From Treponemataceae bacterium (lineage in GTDB: Bacteria > Spirochaetota > Spirochaetia > Treponematales > Rectinemataceae), in the NCBI GenBank assembly GCA_963677895.2, contig CAXXGJ010000002.1, forward strand, positions 32,001 through 96,000: a stretch of 64,000 nt of DNA, written 5' to 3'. The notes under the pieces were generated by a model. It had not been told where the DNA came from and did no database searches. It was given only the letters and a program-made list of their open reading frames with translations. Every line of letters starts with the position of its first letter. Position 1 is the stretch's first letter. Of this stretch, positions 57,819 through 64,000 are shown piece by piece. Made by a program: the position numbers and the translations under genes.

Positions 57819-59531
57819 TTATTCAAGCAGCGGCATCGTTTTCCGAAGTTTTTCCTTGAACGCGTCCGAGGAGTTCAAGGCGATATCCTGCAGTATGGCG
57901 CTCTTCACCATCCTGCCTTGTTCGGTACTGATTTTAGCTTTGTATAGATCCGCGTCCAGGACGATGAAGGAAGGCTGGGCTTCCCTGGAGTCCCAGGCTT
58001 CCCATAGCGGCAATCCTTCCGTCGCGCCAAGCCCGTTAGGATTTCCCGTCCGGACGAAGTTGGCCAGATAGGAGCCGATCTTCGTCTGAAGGTCCAGTCG
58101 GCCCTTGCCGTTGGCCCTGGGAGGAATTGGGAGAGGGAGGACATTCCCGTATTGGGAATCCGTCTGGAGGAAGAAGGATATTTCGACGGCATGGCCGGCG
58201 CCAAGCCGGACTCCCGCGTATCTCCCCATCACGCTATTGCCGTCTTTGTCGGGGGCGCCCCAGTCGAAGCGGTAGAGGTATACCTTTCTGCCTACGTTCT
58301 TCGAGTCAACGGCGTCGGCTATCGAATCGGCGCCTTCGGCCTTCCATACCGCTGTAGTCTTCTCCACCAACTCCCGGTAATCAGGACCTCGCTTGGTTTG
58401 CCACTTGTACAAAAGGAAGAGTTTCGTCTCTTCCTTATTGGTCCCTATGATGAGGGGGACATCGGCGCACCAGGCAGGATCGGCGAAGGCCGCGAATCCC
58501 CGCGATGGGAGCACCTTGCCATCGAAGATCGGAGAGGGAAGGGAGAGTATGCTTCCGGAGTCGGATTTCGAAAACCGAAGAAGCTCTCCAGGTCTTGCCG
58601 TCTTCAGCCATTCCGCCGTTCCCTCCCTGCCTAAAGAAGCCATGAATTCATTGGCTTCCTTTTCGGTAGCGGCTTTTCCCTGGGAGATCGCGAGCTTGCG
58701 CGCGATACCTTCCGCGAACTCCACGGGATCTATTTGGGGCTGACGCGTATAGCCGCTTTCGGCTATCACTTTGTGGAATAGACCCCTTGCCTTGGGCGCC
58801 ATGAGAAGGGTGAGCACATTGAGGGCTCCCGCCGATTCCCCGGCTATGGTCACATTGCCGGGATCTCCGCCGAAGGCCTCTATATTGTCGCGTATCCACT
58901 CGAGCGAGGCTATGAGATCCAGCGTGCCGAAGTTACCGGAATCCGTCTCGGGGTCCCCCGTGCGGAGGGCGGGATGGGCGAACCATCCCAGGATATCGAG
59001 CCTGTAGTTCACCGAAACATAGACGAGATTCGCCTTCGAAGCCAGGGCATGACCTCTGTAGTTGCGGCTGCCGCTGGAGGATCCCGTCGTGTTGGCCCCG
59101 CCATGGACCCAGACGTAAACGGGGAGCTTCTTTTCCTCGGTGGCCGGCCTCCAGACATTGAGAAAGAGGCAATCCTCCGAACCGACGGGCAAGTCGGTCA
59201 ACAGGGCACGCTGAACCGCCTTCGCGCCGAATTGGCTGGCCTTGCGGATACCTTGCCAAGGTTCGGGGGGTTGGGGTTTCTGCCAGCGAAGATCTCCCTC
59301 CGGAGGGGCCGCGTACGGAATGCCGAGCCAAGAGTAGGTATTCTCCTTGTCCGTCGATCCCTCGAGAGTTCCATACACCGTCCTTACTATCGGGAAGCCC
59401 GCCCACTCGCCGGGAGCGAATGTGGAAGACGAAGGGGTGGGAATGCTCGCGCATGATGCCAGAACCAGGAGTATAGGGATCGCCAGAAAGGCCGCACCCT
59501 TATATAAAACAGTCGATTTTTCCCCTCTCAT
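57819..59531 (-). CDS. Type-B carboxylesterase lipoprotein
   Basis: Lipobox LASC; GIPYAAPP.G.LRW, SEDCLFLNVW, HGG, FGGDPGNVTIAGESAG. Confidence 0.92.
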   Translation of the reverse strand: MRGEKSTVLYKGAAFLAIPILLVLASCASIPTPSSSTFAPGEWAGFPIVRTVYGTLEGSTDKENTYSWLGIPYAAPPEGDLRWQKPQPPEPWQGIRKASQFGAKAVQRALLTDLPVGSEDCLFLNVWRPATEEKKLPVYVWVHGGANTTGSSSGSRNYRGHALASKANLVYVSVNYRLDILGWFAHPALRTGDPETDSGNFGTLDLIASLEWIRDNIEAFGGDPGNVTIAGESAGALNVLTLLMAPKARGLFHKVIAESGYTRQPQIDPVEFAEGIARKLAISQGKAATEKEANEFMASLGREGTAEWLKTARPGELLRFSKSDSGSILSLPSPIFDGKVLPSRGFAAFADPAWCADVPLIIGTNKEETKLFLLYKWQTKRGPDYRELVEKTTAVWKAEGADSIADAVDSKNVGRKVYLYRFDWGAPDKDGNSVMGRYAGVRLGAGHAVEISFFLQTDSQYGNVLPLPIPPRANGKGRLDLQTKIGSYLANFVRTGNPNGLGATEGLPLWEAWDSREAQPSFIVLDADLYKAKISTEQGRMVKSAILQDIALNSSDAFKEKLRKTMPLLE

Positions 59532-59762
59532 GCGTATAATGTATCGCTGCTTTCCGATTTTCACAAAGCCTGGAGGCTGTCCGCGGTTTTTTCTTCGCCG
59601 CGGGGCCGAATGCGAATACTTTTCCATAGGATGACATTTCTTGACGCGGAGTGCTTCGTCCTTTAGAATGCAATGGCATTTCCAAAACTCATCTAGTCCA
59701 AGTTTTCCGGGAGGGGTATCGATGAAAAAACATAGTCGATTCCTGCGGCATTTTTGAGCGCG

Positions 59763-60359
59763 ATGGGAACTCAGGACAAAGCTAAGGGGTCCGAAACATT
59801 TCAGCGCTGCTCCTGGTGCGGCGCCGATCCGCTCTACGTGCGCTACCACGACCTGGAGTGGGGAACGCCCCTGCACGACGAGGGCAAGCATTTCGAATTC
59901 CTCCTCCTCGAAACCCAACAGGCGGGACTCTCGTGGATCACGATCCTGCGCAAGCGGGAGGCATACAGGAAAGCCTTTGCCGGCTTCGATCCGGAGGCTG
60001 TCGCCCGATTCGGGGATGACGATGTGACAAGGCTCCTAGGCGACGCTGGCATCATCCGCAACCGTCGGAAAATCGAGGCGAGCGTCCGGAACGCCCGCGC
60101 CTTCCTCGCGATCAGGGAAGAATTCGGCAGTTTCGATGCCTGGCTCTGGCGTTTTGTGGAAGGGAAACCCGTACAGGGAAATCGCCGCGTGTTGGCTGAC
60201 CTGCCGGCGACGACGCCGCTTTCGGACACGGTGAGCGCCGAGATGAAGAAGCGCGGCTTCGCCTTCGTCGGCTCGACGACGATCTATGCCCACCTGCAAG
60301 CCGTTGGCCTGGTCAACGACCATCTCGTGTCCTGTTTCCGCTGGAAGGAGCTTCAATGA
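59763..60359 (+). CDS. tag: DNA-3-methyladenine glycosylase I
   Basis: RCSW, YHDLEWG, LETQQAGLSW, IIRNRRKI, NDHLVSC. Confidence 0.96.
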   Translation: MGTQDKAKGSETFQRCSWCGADPLYVRYHDLEWGTPLHDEGKHFEFLLLETQQAGLSWITILRKREAYRKAFAGFDPEAVARFGDDDVTRLLGDAGIIRNRRKIEASVRNARAFLAIREEFGSFDAWLWRFVEGKPVQGNRRVLADLPATTPLSDTVSAEMKKRGFAFVGSTTIYAHLQAVGLVNDHLVSCFRWKELQ

Positions 60360-61262
60360 CTATAATCGAGGCGATGGAGTCGCGCGTTTCCACTCGCAGT
60401 TTCGACGGGGCCAGCCTGACGGCGCCCGAGGCGGCCGAACTTGCCGCCATGCTCGAATCCGTCGCCCGGGAGACAGCCCCCTTCGGCAACAGCGTGCGCC
60501 TTACTCTCGCCGGGGGAGCCGAAGTCATGGGCAAGGGGGCCGGGGGCGAAGGAACTACGGGCGACGGCGCGAAACCTGTCAGGCTCGGCACCTATGGCCT
60601 CATTGCGGGGGCCTCGGCCTTCATCGTGCCGGCTGTCCTTCCCGGCGTCGGCGCCATGGAGGACGCGGGCTTCATCATCGAGAAAGCGGTTCTCGAGGCG
60701 ACGGCGCTGGGCTGGGCGAGCTGCTGGATAGGAGGCGTCTTCTCCAGGAGCAAAGCGGCGAAGATCGCCGCGGCCGCCGACGGAGAACTCATACCCGCCG
60801 TCATCGCGCTGGGCAAGCCGGCATCGAAGCGGAGTCTGGCCGACAGAATCGTGGCCGGGGCGGCGAAAGCGCGTTCCAGAAAAGCTCTCGCGGACATAGT
60901 CTTCGCCGCCGAAGGGACTGGATAAAGCCTGGGAAGGGGCGGCCGCAGCCCTGCGGAACGCCCCTTCGGCGTCCAACAAGCAGCCCTGGCGTCTCCTGCG
61001 GCTCGCCGGACGGGACGAGTGGCTCATCTTTCTCGAAGAGGACAGGGTGTACAACAACAGCCTCGGAGCGGTGCATATACAGAATATCGATATCGGCATC
61101 GGGATGCGCCATTTCCATGAAGCGGCGATCGCCTCAGGAATGAAAGGCCGATGGATTCCTCTGCCAGCCGCCGACGACTCGATTCAGCCAGCTCTGCGTT
61201 ATGGCGAAGAAAAAGGATGGATTCCCGTCGCTCTCTGGCGATTTGCCCCGGCGGATTTTTAA
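60356..61262 (+). pseudogene. Two-domain nitroreductase split by a +1 indel at 60914-60916 (may be a sequencing error)
   Basis: RVSTRSF and LGTYG in the first frame; removing one G joins LDKAW..APSASNKQPW..IDIGIGMRHF ending at 61262. Confidence 0.8.
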
Positions 61263-61334
61263 CGCTATATTCAATTACGTGAATAATAAGCGTGAAACCA
61301 CACGCGCAATAGCGAGCAACCCGGGAGGATTCAT

Positions 61335-61853
61335 ATGATTTCCAGTAAAATGACCGATAGAATCAATCTTCAGATCAACCGCGAAATGTATTCGGCATAT
61401 CTCTATCTCGCCATGGCGGCGAAAATGAAAGAAACCGGATACGCGGGTGTCGCCAACTGGCTTACCGTGCAGTACCACGAAGAAATGTTCCACGCGATGA
61501 AGTTCGTGAAATATCTCGAGGAACAGGGCGCGGCCGTCAAGTATGCCCAGATCGACACGCCCGTCTTCGCCGAGACCGCCATCAAGGAGCTGTTCCAGCA
61601 CATCCTCAAGCACGAGCAGTTCGTGACTTCCAGTATCCGCGAGATTGTCGAGCTGGCCAGGGCCGAGAAGGACTATGCCACCGAGAACCTCCTCCAGTGG
61701 TATATCGACGAGCAGGTCGAGGAAGAGAAAAACGACTTCGAGATCCTTCAGGCCATCGATCTTCTTGGCAACAACGCTCAAGGGCTCTATATGCTCAATA
61801 TCGAATTGGGCAAGCGCGGCAACGGCGCCCAGCTCGACTTCACGAAGATTTAA
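61335..61853 (+). CDS. ftn: Non-heme ferritin
   Basis: QINREMYSAYLY, EEMFHAMK, HEQFVT, QWYIDEQVEEE. Confidence 0.95.
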   Translation: MISSKMTDRINLQINREMYSAYLYLAMAAKMKETGYAGVANWLTVQYHEEMFHAMKFVKYLEEQGAAVKYAQIDTPVFAETAIKELFQHILKHEQFVTSSIREIVELARAEKDYATENLLQWYIDEQVEEEKNDFEILQAIDLLGNNAQGLYMLNIELGKRGNGAQLDFTKI

Positions 61854-61896
61854 GCCTCGGGCTGAATCCCGCTCCTTTCATCACCTGTCGAATTTA

Positions 61897-61939
61897 CCCC
61901 GTCATCGCGGCCTGAAAGCCGCGGGCGGGGCTTTTTTTT
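61897..61939 (+). terminator. Rho-independent terminator after ferritin
   Basis: CCCCGTC..CGCGGC-CTGAAA-GCCGCG-GGCGGGG followed by T8. Confidence 0.75.
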
Positions 61940-61966
61940 GCCCTCCGTTTGCCGTATTTTAGATAG

Positions 61967-63574
61967 ATGCAGGCCATACAATACGTGAGTACGAGAATTT
62001 CTCCAGGCGGCAGGGTTGAAGACCCCGTAGGCATCGAGACCGCGATAGCGCGCGGCATGCCCCCCGACGGAGGTCTTTACGTTCCGACTTCATTGCCTGC
62101 CCTTCCGGGGCGCGTTTTCGACCCCGGCCCCCTTTCCTATACCGAACTGGCCACCATGATTCTGACGCCCTTTTTCCCGGGTTGGGAGGACGGATCGCTG
62201 CGGGCCATCCTCGAAAAAGCCTATGGTTCAAGCGGGAAAGATCCATATTTCGATACGTCCGAGATCGCGCCCCTCCTGCCTCTGGATGGGCTCGACCTGT
62301 CCGGCAACCCGCCGCTGTATCTTCTCGAGCTTTTCCATGGTAGAACCTGCGCCTTCAAGGATATGGCCTTGAGCGTGCTGGGCGGCTTCCTGCGCGAAAG
62401 CCTGGACAGGATGGGGGAAAAGGAACCTGTCCTCGTCCTCGTGGCCACCTCGGGAGATACGGGTTCGGCGGCCCTCGAGGGCCTCGCGGCGGTGGAAGGA
62501 ATCCATACGGCCGTCATTTATCCCGGCGAGGGAACGAGCGAGATACAGCGACTGCAGATGACGACGGCCAGCTTACAGCGGCGTTTCGTCGCCGGCGTGA
62601 AGGGAAATTTCGACGATGCCCAGGGCGCGGTGAAGCGGATATTCGCGCGCGCGGCGCGCGGCGAGGGGCTTTTGGCCGGCCGGGGCCTTTCGTCGGCCAA
62701 CTCGATCAACATCGGCAGACTTCTGCCGCAGATCGTCTATTATGTGGCCGCCTGGAGGGCTCTCGCCGCGCGCGGGGCGCTGGGCGAGGACAGACTCATG
62801 CACGTGGCCGTGCCCACGGGGAACTTCGGCGATATCCTCGCGGCCAAATACGCGAAGGAAATGGGGCTGCCGATAGGCAGGCTCATATGCGCTTCGAACG
62901 CGAACAAAGTCCTCGCGGATTTCTTCGCGACGGGCGTCTACGACAGGCGCCGCGAGCTCGTGAAAACCGAGAGCCCTTCCATGGATATTCTGGTATCCAG
63001 CAACCTGGAGCGGCTTCTTTTCATGGCGTCGGGGAGAAATCAAAAGCGCGTAACGTCGCTCATGCGGGAACTCGCGGCGCGAGGCTGGTTCGAGATAAAC
63101 CAAGCCGAAAAGGCATATATCGCTGACTTCTCGTCGGGATGGTGCAGCGACGCTTCGGCGAAATCGGCCATCGCGAATGTCTGGGAATCCTGCTCGATTC
63201 TCGTCGATCCGCATACGGCGACAGCTCTGGAAGTGGCGATACGCGCCTCTTCGCCGCTTCGCCCTGTGGCGCCCATCGTGGTCGCGTCGACGGCGAGCCC
63301 GTTCAAGTTCCCCCGGGCCTGCCTCGAGGCCTTGAAAGGCGCCACCACGGATAACGGCGGGGCGGAGACGGTGAATGACGACGATGAACGATCGAGCCCG
63401 GTCGGCGATCTGACTCTCGCGGAGGGATTGTCCGCGATGACGGGCTGTTCGATGCCTGCCCCGATACGCGCCCTCAAATCCAGAAGAATCCTGCACGACG
63501 CGTTGATAGCCGTCGACGGCGTGGAGGACGCTTTGGCCGAATACGCGCGCGATAAGATGGGCGCGCGGCCATGA
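61967..63574 (+). CDS. thrC: Threonine synthase
   Basis: YVSTR, DGGLYVP, LELFHGRTCAFKDMAL, ATSGDTG, SANSINIGRL, PTGNFG. Confidence 0.96.
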   Translation: MQAIQYVSTRISPGGRVEDPVGIETAIARGMPPDGGLYVPTSLPALPGRVFDPGPLSYTELATMILTPFFPGWEDGSLRAILEKAYGSSGKDPYFDTSEIAPLLPLDGLDLSGNPPLYLLELFHGRTCAFKDMALSVLGGFLRESLDRMGEKEPVLVLVATSGDTGSAALEGLAAVEGIHTAVIYPGEGTSEIQRLQMTTASLQRRFVAGVKGNFDDAQGAVKRIFARAARGEGLLAGRGLSSANSINIGRLLPQIVYYVAAWRALAARGALGEDRLMHVAVPTGNFGDILAAKYAKEMGLPIGRLICASNANKVLADFFATGVYDRRRELVKTESPSMDILVSSNLERLLFMASGRNQKRVTSLMRELAARGWFEINQAEKAYIADFSSGWCSDASAKSAIANVWESCSILVDPHTATALEVAIRASSPLRPVAPIVVASTASPFKFPRACLEALKGATTDNGGAETVNDDDERSSPVGDLTLAEGLSAMTGCSMPAPIRALKSRRILHDALIAVDGVEDALAEYARDKMGARP

Positions 63575-64000
63575 AACTCGAAATCAGAGTGCCGGCCACC
63601 ACCGCCAACATCGGCCCGGGCTTCGACTCCCTGGGCGTCGCCCTTTCGCTTTTCAACAGCTTTACCCTGGAGCCCGCCGAAAGCACGGAGATAAAGGGCT
63701 GCGATGAAAAATATGCCGGCCCGGACAATCTCTTTCTCAGGGCGATGCGTCATGCCGGCGGGCTTCTGGGGCGGTCCGTACCCGAAGTCCACCTCGCCAT
63801 CGAAGCGAAGATTCCCGTGGCGCGGGGCTTGGGTTCGAGCGCCGCGATGGTTGTCGGAGGCGTCGCCGCCGCCGTTCTGCTGGATGAACGCAGGGCCGAA
63901 GGCGCTCCGCTCACCGAGGAGGAGAAGCGTTTCATTCTCGACGCTTCCGCGGCCCTGGAGGGACATCCCGACAATGCCGCCCCCGCCATATACGGAGGTT
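63571..64000 (+). CDS. thrB: Homoserine kinase, 3' truncated by the window edge
   Basis: Translated by hand: MKLEIRVPATTANIGPGFDSLG, IPVARGLGSSAA, EGHPDNAAPA. Confidence 0.95.
   Translation, partial: MKLEIRVPATTANIGPGFDSLGVALSLFNSFTLEPAESTEIKGCDEKYAGPDNLFLRAMRHAGGLLGRSVPEVHLAIEAKIPVARGLGSSAAMVVGGVAAAVLLDERRAEGAPLTEEEKRFILDASAALEGHPDNAAPAIYGG

Overview
GC-rich bacterial chromosomal window. It comes from a diderm, probably anaerobic organism; a Spirochaetia-like origin is my impression only and is not demonstrated. It holds about 60 genes, with no rRNA, tRNA, CRISPR array, integrase or transposase detected. The left ~15 kb is accessory DNA next to the 3' end of trpS. It carries an FRG-domain gene, a decayed DUF2589-like pair, a sigma54-driven acid-sugar catabolic cassette (DUF1537 kinase, Fe-ADH, PdxA2, DHDPS-family aldolase, 2-hydroxyacid dehydrogenase, TctCBA, PrpR-like activator) and an exported MBL-fold hydrolase. 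Eroded copies of the trpS 3' end lie at the cassette junctions. The remainder is mostly core or metabolic: trpS, mgtE, pdxS-pdxT-YheO-ridA-malY, metNIQ, hppA, a TIGR03916/TIGR03915-type DNA-repair pair, tag, ferritin, thrC-thrB and many GNAT/MFS genes. The best candidate for an undescribed system is at 30771-35761. There a Moco-family riboswitch lacking P3 (tungsten-cofactor type) controls a sugar-type binding protein, a lipoprotein with three sulfite-oxidase-like domains and a CxxCH motif, and a fused double permease. I infer a possible Mo/W-cofactor salvage importer. Other signals are a perfect 36-bp palindrome over the repair-operon promoter, several apparently leaderless genes, and a GC-rich palindromic unit sitting in frame in two unrelated genes. 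Family names come from motif recognition by eye; no database searches were run.
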